A DNA stretch of 63,421 nucleotides, filler included, from Stramenopiles sp. TOSAG23-6 (taxonomy: Eukaryota): assembly GCA_900128565.1 (NCBI GenBank). It is 36 parts of 36 records of this genome, joined end to end, with 100 filler letters (N's around TTAATTAATTAA, not from the genome) between each part and the next. Parts side by side here need not be neighbours in the genome. Positions count along the whole stretch, not along the records: positions 51,254 to 52,907 come from LT638740.1; positions 53,008 to 54,661 come from LT638741.1; positions 54,762 to 56,414 come from LT638742.1; positions 56,515 to 58,167 come from LT638743.1; positions 58,268 to 59,919 come from LT638744.1; positions 60,020 to 61,670 come from LT638745.1; positions 61,771 to 63,421 come from LT638746.1; 29 more parts are not named here. One strand, 5' to 3'. Made by a program: the position numbers and the translations under genes. This document shows, piece after piece, positions 51,493-63,421 of this stretch. Position 1 is the first letter of the stretch. Each line of letters opens with the position of its first letter. The notes below the pieces were generated by a model that did no database searches, was not told the origin of the DNA, and saw nothing but the letters and a program-made list of their open reading frames with translations.

Positions 51493-52827
51493 ATGGGTCT
51501 AGAAAATGACACAACTGCGTCGGCTCCAACGAGACCGAAGGATGATACAGTAAGCGTTCCACAAACTCCATTTGTAAACAGTGTGGCTGTTCCTCTCCGT
51601 GAGGTAAATGTTACACAAAACCAACCTGTAAACAATATGGTTGGTTTTGTAAACAACAATCCACAAAATTTGGCCGACAGAGTAGAACCAACTGAGTATG
51701 ATATGAGCTTTCAATATCATGTACGCAGTTTAATTCTGACGATACTTAGTCTTGTCGGAATCATTTTGGCCATATATGAGCAGGAGGTTAAAGCGGTGGT
51801 AGATGGACATGACAATCTCTTTTTGATCCTCGGATGTTGCATGTATGGTGTCTACTTATGTGAAAGCATGATATTTCCAATGTGCTGTGATTGCGTTCTT
51901 GTAAGTAGCACATTTCGATATTTGTTGAAAGTTGATTCTTCTGCAGATTCTAAAAAATATCAGGAAAATTTACAGAGTAACCCCCCAAAAATTACAATGC
52001 ATGTGTCTTGTTATCACTATGAAACAAGGACGCATCATAGTACAGATTCGCAAGGACGGACAACAACAAGTACAACTACTGAAAAAGTTACAACTTATAG
52101 CGGCTGGCAAGAGAAAACATTTAGAAGCTGGGCTGATTGTAGTGGACGGATTCCTGAATTTACACTGAAAGTCCCAGAATTGAATCCAGAACTATCAACT
52201 AATCCTAATCCAGAGCTGTCAACTACATCGCAACAGCTGATACACAGAGTAGTTCACGAAGAAGCTGACGAAGAAGCTGCTCACGTTCAAGAAGAACCTT
52301 ATAGAATAATCAAGCTGAAAATTGAAAAATCATATGAGCCGTTTGATGAAGCTACAACGGCTCATCTTGAACAACAAGCATCAATGTATAAAGCACAACA
52401 CTATTGGAGAGATACTCACATGGACTATTCCGAATCTTTTGATATAGATGATTATGTTTCGAAAACTTTAATTATCGACGGAATACCTCCATCAGGGTTA
52501 GGGTTAGGTTGTTTTGTACTAGCATCTCTTTTTCTCTGTACCTGGCCGTATAGAATATGGGTTGAGACGCATTCTCATCGATGTGAGTATGTTTTATTTT
52601 TTTGAAAATTTGAATTTTTTTTTGTACGAAATTTTGTACCTAACAAAAAATTTTAATTTTTTTTTTGAAATATTTTTCCAAAATAAATGTGGCATTTGAA
52701 GAAAGTCATTAGTGTGGGTGATCTTTCGATTCAACTTCAAAGTAATACTTTACCAAAGGGTTGGATACCCATTGCACAGGCAGTAACTTTTGTATCACCA
52801 TATGACTCTACAATCCCCATTGCAGAA
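51493..52827 (+). CDS. TMEM151-like membrane protein; GT-AT intron 52587-52688
   Basis: YGVYLCE, PPKITMHVSCYHY, WADCS, IKLKIEK, FVLASLFLCTWPYR..CE|WHLKKVISV. Confidence 0.8.
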
Positions 52828-53007
52828 GTATGTTTTTTTTTTTTCAATTTTGAATTTTTTTTTCGTACGAAATTTTGTACCTAACAAATTTTAGTTTTTT
52901 TTTTTGANNNNNNNNNNNNNNNNNNNNNNNNNNNNNNNNNNNNNNNNNNNNTTAATTAATTAANNNNNNNNNNNNNNNNNNNNNNNNNNNNNNNNNNNNN
53001 NNNNNNN

Positions 53008-54661
53008 ACTCGTAGGTATCATTTATATGGTAACATAACTTCAAATTGTAGATATATATGCAGAAACCAAGTAGTCACACTAGTACTAAAAAAGCTCTAA
53101 AAAAAAAAATTTAACGTAAAAAAAAAAAATGAAACTGATTACCTGTGACTGTTATATTTGTAAAGAAGGTGCAAAGAAGAGCCAAAGAATCATGATGAAC
53201 GATAGAATACAATGAAAGAAGACACCGTTATTTTTCTATTAGTATAATGGGTCTAGAAAATGACACAACTGCGTCGGCTCCAACGAGACCGAAGGATGAT
53301 ACAGTAAGCGTTCCACAAACTCCATTTGTAAACAGTGTGGCTGTTCCTCTCCGTGAGGTAAATGTTACACAAAACCAACCTGTAAACAATATGGTTGGTT
53401 TTGTAAACAACAATCCACAAAATTTGGCCGACAGAGTAGAACCAACTGAGTATGATATGAGCTTTCAATATCATGTACGCAGTTTAATTCTGACGATACT
53501 TAGTCTTGTCGGAATCATTTTGGCCATATATGAGCAGGAGGTTAAAGCGGTGGTAGATGGACATGACAATCTCTTTTTGATCCTCGGATGTTGCATGTAT
53601 GGTGTCTACTTATGTGAAAGCATGATATTTCCAATGTGCTGTGATTGCGTTCTTGTAAGTAGCACATTTCGATATTTGTTGAAAGTTGATTCTTCTGCAG
53701 ATTCTAAAAAATATCAGGAAAATTTACAGAGTAACCCCCCAAAAATTACAATGCATGTGTCTTGTTATCACTATGAAACAAGGACGCATCATAGTACAGA
53801 TTCGCAAGGACGGACAACAACAAGTACAACTACTGAAAAAGTTACAACTTATAGCGGCTGGCAAGAGAAAACATTTAGAAGCTGGGCTGATTGTAGTGGA
53901 CGGATTCCTGAATTTACACTGAAAGTCCCAGAATTGAATCCAGAACTATCAACTAATCCTAATCCAGAGCTGTCAACTACATCGCAACAGCTGATACACA
54001 GAGTAGTTCACGAAGAAGCTGACGAAGAAGCTGCTCACGTTCAAGAAGAACCTTATAGAATAATCAAGCTGAAAATTGAAAAATCATATGAGCCGTTTGA
54101 TGAAGCTACAACGGCTCATCTTGAACAACAAGCATCAATGTATAAAGCACAACACTATTGGAGAGATACTCACATGGACTATTCCGAATCTTTTGATATA
54201 GATGATTATGTTTCGAAAACTTTAATTATCGACGGAATACCTCCATCAGGGTTAGGGTTAGGTTGTTTTGTACTAGCATCTCTTTTTCTCTGTACCTGGC
54301 CGTATAGAATATGGGTTGAGACGCATTCTCATCGATGTGAGTATGTTTTATTTTTTTGAAAATTTGAATTTTTTTTTGTACGAAATTTTGTACCTAACAA
54401 AAAATTTTAATTTTTTTTTTGAAATATTTTTCCAAAATAAATGTGGCATTTGAAGAAAGTCATTAGTGTGGGTGATCTTTCGATTCAACTTCAAAGTAAT
54501 ACTTTACCAAAGGGTTGGATACCCATTGCACAGGCAGTAACTTTTGTATCACCATATGACTCTACAATCCCCATTGCAGAAGTATGTTTTTTTTTTTTCA
54601 ATTTTGAATTTTTTTTTCGTACGAAATTTTGTACCTAACAAATTTTAGTTTTTTTTTTTGA
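53008..54661. repeat. Duplicate of contig 51254-52907
   Basis: Same sequence and same ends, offset 1754. Confidence 0.97.
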
Positions 54662-54852
54662 NNNNNNNNNNNNNNNNNNNNNNNNNNNNNNNNNNNNNNN
54701 NNNNNTTAATTAATTAANNNNNNNNNNNNNNNNNNNNNNNNNNNNNNNNNNNNNNNNNNNNAAAAAAAAAAAAATTTGATTTTGAAATAAAAAATCGTTT
54801 AGGTACAAAATTTCGTACCAAAAAAAAAAATCGTCATGAAAACCTACTCGTA

Positions 54853-55207
54853 CGGTGTATTTAACAGACGTTACAGCACTACCGAGATAATTTGTGATAT
54901 GATTGCAAGCAGAGCATGCAAGTGGTGTACTTAGTTTCATTGATTCTAACGAGTATTTAGGATCTTTTAACTCTTCTTCATATTGTTCGAGGGCAATGAC
55001 CAAATCAGCTTTGTTTTTTTCAAGTTGTTTTTTTTCATCATCAGACAAATTGTTTTCATCTGTATTGTCTTGATTTGTTTCAGTGTCGTTTGTTTTATCC
55101 TCCTCCGATGGTGGATCATCACCAAACCAACCTGCGGATACTTGGATATTTGATTGTACAGTAATCAATAGAACGAAACATAAAAAAACTTTTGTTTTGA
55201 GAGTCAT
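54853..55207 (-). CDS. Secreted protein first exon, possibly saposin/canopy-like
   Basis: Signal peptide and LACSAC motif, then a family intron. Confidence 0.55.
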
Positions 55208-55690
55208 TGTGTTAAGAATTAAGACGTCAAACAGTCAAACAATCGTTATACAGTTTGGTAGTAGAACACTTTGAATTACTGCAACAAATTGAATGGATAA
55301 ACAAGTACAGTTCCGTAGAAGAATTTACAAGTAAACAAATGCGTCAATGTTACTCTTTTGAAATAGTATATGTAATGTAAATTTTCTTTACAAGCTCAAG
55401 TTCCAACCTTTTTTTTTTTTTTTTGAAACACACTCTGTAAAAAAAAAAAATCTTTGACACGTTGCATTTTTAATGCCACGTGTCATTCATTCGCTTTTTT
55501 ATCTCGATGATGTCTGCCTGATCAACAATCAATAATTGACACACGCTTTACAAAAACACACCAAAACACACCAAAACAAAAAGAAGAATAGTATTTCTTT
55601 AGTATTTCTCATCATTGATTTATTTCATCTTATAGACGATACAATCTCAAATATAATTGTGTTGTTGTATTGTACAACAAAAGTGTTGTA

Positions 55691-56339
55691 ATGACCACTG
55701 CCGACATTGATCGTCTCTTGGAAGAAGATGCTCAAATGGACATTGAAGTCAAACGACTCATTGGTTCGCATTTAGGTGATACTGACATGTTGCAGCATAA
55801 GCAACGTCAATTTCTTCTTGATTGTGGTGATCCTACAATACCAACACTACCAAGCACACCCTTTGCTGCTCCAAGTACACCATTTCCATGCCACCTGCAG
55901 AGTCCTGCAAATATAATCACCGAAGGGCTTTTAGCTGAAGCAGAGTCGCATAGTAGCACCCGTCCATCCAGACCAATAATCCAACAGAGCACGTCTGTCC
56001 ATACTCAATTTACAAAAGAAAACAATAATAAACATACATTTGATGTAAAACAACAACTTGTTGCTGCATTTGAAACACCACAAACACGTGTCCTTCAATC
56101 AACATCGAATATTCCAACGCTTCGACTTGAAACTCCAAATAATCAAATTATTCAAAACATTCAATTAAAATCAAACCAACAAAACCAACAAAACAACACA
56201 ATATCAACTCATTCTTTGAGTACAGAAAATCAAATTCAACACAATCAACAAAACAAACATATATCCAATGCATCACCATTTATCAAAAATACATTTTCAT
56301 CAACACCATTGATAACAAATACAATTCAACAACCACCTT
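55691..56339 (+). CDS. Low-complexity hypothetical protein first exon
   Basis: ORF ends at a GTATGT family donor at 56340. Confidence 0.5.
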
Positions 56340-58267
56340 GTATGTTTTCATTTTTTTTCAAATTCAATTTTTTTTCGTACGAAATTTCGTACCTAACAAA
56401 AAAATTTAGATTTTNNNNNNNNNNNNNNNNNNNNNNNNNNNNNNNNNNNNNNNNNNNNTTAATTAATTAANNNNNNNNNNNNNNNNNNNNNNNNNNNNNN
56501 NNNNNNNNNNNNNNTCCTCTAACAGATGAAAGTGATAAAGGTGATAAAGAAGAAAAAAAGGAAAGCGGTGCAGTTGTGGTAGAAAATACAAAATGTAAGC
56601 GTTCAATGAGACAGAGGAGGTCAAATAGCATGGATAGTTTAGACGGTGGTGGCGGTAAAAGACAAAAACATGCATAAGTTACATTTAAGTTTGTTAATCA
56701 AAATTTGGTTAATAAAAATCTGGTATAATAAATTTTGGATAATCAGCGCTACGTATTGTTTGTTTATATTTACTGCAAAAGTCTAAAAACTGACTGGTCT
56801 GGTGACCACTGACCACTGAAAAGCTTCATTTAAGATAAAATGTTTTTCGTAGATAATTTCGTACCTAAGGGTTTTTTTTGAAAAGGCTAGTCATAATATC
56901 TACTGCTTGATACGTCACAACAACAACAAGTTATATATCAAAAAAAAACGCAAAAACAACATCATGAACACACTACTCAAGACATTTCTCTTAGTTTTGT
57001 GACATTGAAGAATAATGCATCATCACATGTTATTAGACTCAAATTTGAAGATGTTTCGGAAGATTATTTATACTTAATTCTCATGTGGCGCGAATACTTT
57101 GATGCGACGTGGTCCTCTGTTGCTNNNNNCTAACCTCCCAGGGAGTGATATCCCATCGGAGTGTATGAAGCCTACTTTTTCTAGTCTTTCTAGTCATTGA
57201 CTGAACTTCTTGATGACGAGGGAGACTCGACAGCAGTTGGTATGCGTTGGAAGAAGGACCGTTTGTTCCTTGATCAAATTCTCCTTTTCTTTGAGCGCGA
57301 TTTCTATAGGGATAATTATGGAATGTTTATGGAAGTAGATGACTTAGCTAAATTAGAAAAGTTTAGAATCTTGTATTACAATAGTACGTCAACCTCGTGT
57401 TGTTTAAAAAAAAAACCTATAGAAATAATACAAGTGTACCTCTAAAATACTAAAATATTAACTTATTCATAAATTATTCTTTATACACTTTCACTTTCAT
57501 AGAATTAGACGGAGTTGACTTTTGCAATATACGAATAACAACTGTAATCCACGAGTTCAAAAAGCTAAAGACGCAACGAGACACTATACGCAATGAGAAT
57601 AGGTGTTGCTATTGCAAATGCAAAATGTGAACTATCGGATCTTCGGACAAAACGCAGATCAAAACAAAAAGAATTAGACAAATCTGTTCCAACTGTAACA
57701 AGTATAATCAATGAAATTCAATTAAAATATAATGACCAGAGACTATCTATGAAGCTTGCTCTTTCTAAGAGTGAAAAAGGTGTCAATGTACATGCAAAAG
57801 ATAAAGATCAAACTAGTATTTTAATTAGTGACAATTTTAGTGAAGTTACAGTCAATAAATATGGCCAAAATATGAAAAAGAGGTCTAGAAACCCTAGTAG
57901 TAGCCGTCGTCGGTATCAGAGTAGAGTCACGAAATCCTACACAGATAGGGAGATTGGAAAATTCCTTAAAGATGATTGAAACTGTTCTCAAAACTCATTT
58001 TAGCTTCACAACTTGGTGGGGACATACATGATGGATCTTCACCATACAGAAAGAAACATATTTTACTTTTTAGAACAGAGATTTATTTGATAAATGTACA
58101 ACTAATATTGATTGATATTTTTTTTCGTACGAATTTTTGTACCTAACATTTTTTTTTTGAAATATTTNNNNNNNNNNNNNNNNNNNNNNNNNNNNNNNNN
58201 NNNNNNNNNNNTTAATTAATTAANNNNNNNNNNNNNNNNNNNNNNNNNNNNNNNNNNNNNNNNNNNN

Positions 58268-58853
58268 ATCTTCAGGATGAGCATGTAAGAAATCCTTTGT
58301 AGCATCTTTGCCTGCAAGTTCTGTGACGACACCAGCGCCACCAGGATGCTCCGGTGCAAATTCAGTGAAGTCATATGCCTTACCGTTTATGACACACCAA
58401 CAATCATCCACTGTTTTGTGTTTTTCTACTTCTGAAAAGTGAATCATTGGTGTCGGGTCTGATGATGGATCCTCGGAANNNNNNNNNNNNNNNNNNNNNN
58501 NNNNNNNNNNNNNNNNNNNNNNNNNNNNNNNNNNNNNNNNNNNNNNNNNNNNNNNNNNNNNNNNNNNNNNNNNNNNNNNNNNNNNNNNNNNNNNNNNNNN
58601 NNNNNNNNNNNNNNNNNNNNNNNNNNNNNNNNNNNNNNNNNNATCTTCAGGATGAGCATGTAAGAAATCCTTTGTAGCATCTTTGCCTGCAAGTTCTGTG
58701 ACGACACCAGCGCCACCAGGATGCTCCGGTGCAAATTCAGTGAAGTCATATGCCTTACCGTTTATGACACACCAACAATCATCCACTGTTTTGTGTTTTT
58801 CTACTTCTGAAAAGTGAATCATTGGTGTCGGGTCTGATGATGGATCCTCGGAA
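58268..58853 (-). CDS. Cytochrome b5-like heme-binding domain (present twice across a gap)
   Basis: EVEKHKTVDDCWCVINGKAYDFTEFAPEHPGG..AGKDATKDF. Confidence 0.9.
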
Positions 58854-59031
58854 NNNNNNNNNNNNNNTATACGATGACGATGACGTCATAATTATAAACG
58901 GGCTGCATAAATTTTGACTAGAGACGACGACGATAAAAATACAAATGCCTTTCGACTTTATCAATCGAAGTTGTTTTTCATTTTCATATGTATTTATTGG
59001 TATTTAATTTCTGATTGGCTCTCTTCAAATC

Positions 59032-59919
59032 ATGGTAGATAGAGATGTTGATGTTTTGGAAATAGATAGTGGTACTAGAATGCGTCACACTGTGACAATA
59101 AAGACGAATATAATGACACCAAGCCATGTTGGCGCATGCGAGAGCGAATGAAAACAGTTAGTGTAGCACTTGTAATGTGTTTAAACATTGGAACAGATCC
59201 ACCTGATGCTATAAAATCTTCCCCATGTGCTCGGAAAGAGTGTTGGGTTGAACCTAAGTCGATGCCTCCGACAAAAGCAATGGACACCATAGGTTCACGT
59301 TTGCAACAACAATATGAACGTTGGCAACCTCGCGCGCGATACAAAACACTTTTGGATCCAACCGTATCTTTAGTAAAAAAACTTTGTGGATCACTTCGGC
59401 GTCAAGCAAAAGGTGAACGCATATTATTACATTATAATGGTCATGGAGTTCCACGTCCAACGAGTAATGGTGAAATTTGGATGTTCAACAAAAATTTTAC
59501 ACAATATATTCCAATGTCTGTCTATGATTTAGTTGGTTGGGCTCGTCGACCTGCTATTTTTGTATTTGATTGTAGTGCTGCTGGTATATTATTGCCACAT
59601 TTTAAGAAAATGAAAGATGTTCAAAAACAAATGGATGGTAGGAGAAATGACCAAATTTTAGAATCGGATAAGCAGCGGGGTGGAGTTGATCATCAAAGTG
59701 ATAACCGACATCAAAAAAAGGCTCGACGCCGTCAACGACATCACCATAACCAAAGTAGTACACGTGGTGATAAATACGAAGAAGAAAATAATGTTTGTTT
59801 TATTTGTTGTACATTTCGAATTTATTTTTCGTACTAAATTTCGTACCTAACGATTTGTTTTTGTGAAATATTTTTTCAAAATACATGAGGACCGAAGACG
59901 AACTCAATATAAAAAAGAA
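59032..59919 (+). CDS. RPTOR: Raptor/KOG1 N-terminal domain; GT-AT intron 59793-59886; probable 5' frameshift error
   Basis: [60 protein letters not shown]. Confidence 0.96.
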
Positions 59920-60019
59920 NNNNNNNNNNNNNNNNNNNNNNNNNNNNNNNNNNNNNNNNNNNNTTAATTAATTAANNNNNNNNNNNNNNNNNNNNNNNNN
60001 NNNNNNNNNNNNNNNNNNN

Positions 60020-61670
60020 CTGCAGCCCACAAACCTTTTTTCTCTTTTATATCTGCCAGTTTATCTTGCCACGATTGGGCCTCCTTTTGTAAATCAGATT
60101 CAAGTTTGTTGGCTATTCTAGTAGTCCATTCATTCCACATTTCTCTTGCTAAATAATTTACTTCTCTTTCGTCAGCTGTACCTATATTTTTAATGATAGA
60201 AAAAAATTGTGATATTTAGTGAATAAAAGATATTGAATGTAAAATGTTGTTGGTAATATTGAGTAATGATACGATTATAACATACCATTCCATGCCATTC
60301 GGCCAATTGATCTCACAGCCATACGCTTTACTTTGACATGCGGCGAGTGACACAATGCCAAGAGAATTTGAATGACACAATTTTCACGCAATTTATCGTT
60401 CAAAAGCTGTGATCGACCGGCGAGCCGATCAACAGCATCACAAAAGAAGTGAATGAACTCATCAGTATTTGTCAGAATTACTCGAATACTTTCGTCCCTC
60501 CGCCAAACTTCACGACGCCAAGTAGCTTTATGTACTTCGAATACTGCTTTCTGATTGATTGCATCCAGCTTTAAATCTTCGATAACTTCTCCAAGTTTTT
60601 CAATTTTACTCTCGAGAAAATTTACCAAGTGTGCATGGTTTGTCAAATGCTCATTTTTATCGAATATCTGCCTCATAGCATCACTATGTACTTGAGCTTG
60701 TTGTCGAATGTACTTTTCTGTCTCATCTTTGTATTTATTCGTCTCTTTCCTATGACGTTGCATATCCGTTTGCATAGCTTTAATCCATTTAGTTTTAGAT
60801 TCAATTATTTCTTGCTTTTCTTTGATACTTGCTTTTAAGGCAGTCTCCTTTTTACTGAAATCTAAAGCCATCTTTCTAATTGTACTCTGCATTTTTCTCC
60901 TCTCTTCCTCCATAGCTTCCTGTTTTTTAAGAATATCACCTCTGAGAAACTTCATGGCTTCTCGAGATGAACCACGTATCGCATTAATTTCGACATTCAA
61001 AACTTTCATTCTTCCCTTCATCACATCTCTTTCCAAATCATACTCAAATTTCGTGTCAATGATCTGTTTTTTGAGACTTTCTAATTCTCGTTTTGCAGTG
61101 TATAAATCTCTTCGATTGTTCAATTCGGCATCTTTTATGGCAGAATTCAACATGAATAAATGAAAACTTTCACTAGTGTGTATATTAAATTGTTGCTTAG
61201 ATAAAGCTCTCGCGTCAGATGCGATACCTATACAATGACATAACAATAAAATCTCTTTTGTTCTTATCATTTCTTGATCGGCATCTTTTCGCCTTGTTTT
61301 AAGCTCTATTACATCTCCATTATCTTTCGAAGCAATTTCCGCTTGTCGCAATGATTCCTTCACATCTTGTAGTCCAACGGTTGACGTTGCTAAAACATAT
61401 TTAAAGGTTTCCTTTCGTCGCTCATAATCTCCCTTATATGAAATATACGCCTGCATAGCCTTTTTAAACGAAGCTATATCTTCCTCATATTTATCTTGAA
61501 TACGCTTCTGCATTTCTAATTTATGTTCACGCTCGGCCTTTTGAAGAGCCTCCATTACAGCATTTTGTTCTTCTTTTGCTTGATTATTTGCTTCACTATC
61601 GGATACAACTGGAGAATCTTCAATCATATATTGTTCTGGTATGATTGGTTCGGGAGGTTCTTCTGGCTCT
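60020..61670 (-). CDS. Coiled-coil protein with an ARM-like region; canonical GT-AG intron 60182-60285
   Basis: 450-aa ORF; AWNG|TADERE joined at GTATGT..TATAG. Confidence 0.7.
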
Positions 61671-61931
61671 NNNNNNNNNNNNNNNNNNNNNNNNNNNNNN
61701 NNNNNNNNNNNNNNTTAATTAATTAANNNNNNNNNNNNNNNNNNNNNNNNNNNNNNNNNNNNNNNNNNNNGTTTTTACGAGTATACATTGACTTGATTAA
61801 ATATAAAATTAATTATCAAATATATTTCTTTTTTATTTGTACAAACAACAACACAAACTCGAGTTTGATTGTTTACCCGGTACTCCCGGTATTAAAAATC
61901 TAAACAAAGAAAAATTTAATGTTTTATTTTT

Positions 61932-63228
61932 TTATTCATTGTCATCATTACCCGGTACTGCCATAAAATATCTATTCATTGCATTCACGAAACGTCGTTT
62001 ATATTTTGGTGGAGCAACAATTGTTGGCATATGTTTTGCTACTACTCTTTTTCCATGTAATTTTTGAAAATATTTCAAAATTTTTTCAAGTTTTTTTGTT
62101 AGGTACAAAATTTCGTATGAAAAAAAAAAAAGGTGTTTTTGTTGATTTTTTTTTTTAAATTGACCTACATGAGATTCTACAAATTTGATGACGTCATAAC
62201 ATCGCATATAATCAATAATTCCAACCACTAAATTGTTATTTTCTTCGTCTAAACCTACTAATAATGAATAATCCATACATTATTAGACAATATTTCAAAT
62301 GAGTTTTTGTTAGGTATCAAATTTCGTATGAAAAAAAATGTTTTGAAAAAAATTTGAAAAAATGAGTTTTTGTTAGGTATCAAATTTCGTATGAAAAAAG
62401 TTTTTGAAAAAAATTTGAAAAAAAATTCAAATGTTTAATAAAAATATACAAAATAAATAATGAAAACGTACATAATTTTCCCGGATAACAAAAAATTGAT
62501 GTATTGTGAAGTATAATGCATAAAAAAAAATCGTTAGGTATAAAATTTTGTATAAAAAAAATTTAAATTTTTAAAGAAAAGTTTGTTAGGTATAAAATTT
62601 TGTATAAAAAAAATTCAAATTTTTGATGAAAATTAGGGTTAGGGTTTTGATGTACGTATCATTTGTAACTGCTGAATTTAAAAATTGTTTTGCATTAAAT
62701 CGAAGTGATAAAATGTATTGAATGAAATATTTCAAAAATTTCAAAAATTAGATTTTGTCTTGTTAGGTATGAAATTTTTTTTTTCTTGCGATAAAAAAAA
62801 ATTGAAAAAAAAATTTTTGAAAAAAATTGAAAAAAAAAAAAATTTGAAAAAAATTGAAATTCATGATGAAAACATATGGAAATCCTTTTGTATATTCCAT
62901 AAAATTTTGATCTAATAAAACGCCAATTCCATTATTATTATTATTATTATTATTAGCAGTAGTAGTATCATTATCATTATTATTATTATTATTAGTAGTA
63001 GTAGTAGTATTATTAGGGTTAGGGCTTTGTTCAGGTTGTTTAGATTCACTTTTATGATTATCATTATGATTATTATTATTATTGCTACTACTTGATATAC
63101 TGACATCCTCATCATTAATTTCATTTTGATATATTGCAAAAAATATTTTACATTCATTTTTTTTTTGTAAGTTATAACAAATATCTAAATTTTTTTTTTT
63201 TTTTTTTTTTGGGACGAAATTTTGTATG

Positions 63229-63263
<35 letters not shown>

Positions 63264-63301
63264 TTTTTTTTTTTTGTTTGGGTAAAAATTTTTTTTTTCC
63301 T

Positions 63302-63332
<31 letters not shown>

Positions 63333-63421
63333 TTTTTTTTTTTTGGTTAGGTACAAAATTTCCTACAAAAAAAAAAAAAAAAAAAAAAATCATAATAATA
63401 GAAACAACGTACATCTTCCAT
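61932..63421 (-). CDS. FAB1: PIKfyve/Fab1 PI3P 5-kinase C-terminus; introns 63129-63412, 62713-62877, 62499-62655, 62275-62471, 62055-62168, all ending in AT
   Basis: Spliced: VLLDQNF..GFP|LSL..AVTNDT|NFLLSGKIM|DYSLLVG..LVVGIIDYMR..ESH|GK..PTIVAPPKYKRRFVNAMNRYFMAVP. Confidence 0.93.

Larger units (their letters stand above)
563..63412. mobile_element. Dispersed family of introner-like non-canonical (GT..AT) introns, dozens of copies
   Basis: Shared consensus GTAYGTTTT..TTTCGTACGAAATTTYGTACCTAAC..GAAATATTTTTC(C/A)(A/C)AATACAT on both strands, always sense to the host gene; removal restores reading frames. Mobility itself is inferred. Confidence 0.85.

Noticed and set aside
59791-59886. Reading the family as U12-type AT-AC introns by sliding both boundaries 2 nt
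   Set aside because: Only possible when the exon ends in AT. Introns 6360-6480, 6586-6745 and 52587-52688 cannot slide that way, NSF would become AT-CC, and the U12 donor RTATCCTT is absent.

Overview
This is not contiguous DNA. It is 36 short contigs (about 1.65-1.68 kb, in decreasing size order) joined by artificial N44-TTAATTAATTAA-N44 linkers. They come from an AT-rich, probably flagellated unicellular eukaryote; a stramenopile-like single-cell-amplified genome is my inference, given the fold-back, chimeric and duplicated contigs and homopolymer frameshifts. Recognisable gene fragments include VPS13, an ERGIC-53-like lectin, NAD(P)HX epimerase, an ABC-C transporter, a TUTase/non-canonical poly(A) polymerase, transketolase, RAD17, an ARID protein, ILVBL, a JMJD8-like protein, TM9SF, delta-COP, kinesin-14/myosin, a type I PKS, PIP5K, NSF, a TMEM151-like protein, cytochrome b5, Raptor and PIKfyve/Fab1. 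The main result is a large family (dozens of copies) of about 90-200 nt repeated introns, always in sense orientation, with consensus GTAYGT..T-rich..TTTCGTACGAAATTTYGTACCTAAC..GAAATATTTTTC(C/A)(A/C)AATACAT. Their 3' splice site is AT rather than AG: removing them GT..AT restores conserved protein motifs in many unrelated genes. They look like introners (short terminal inverted repeats, AT duplicated at the junction) and coexist with ordinary GT-AG introns. Secondary findings are a one-LRR-per-exon tandem array and frequent (CCCTAA)2 telomere-like dimers inside exons. All splicing calls come from conceptual translation, not transcript data.
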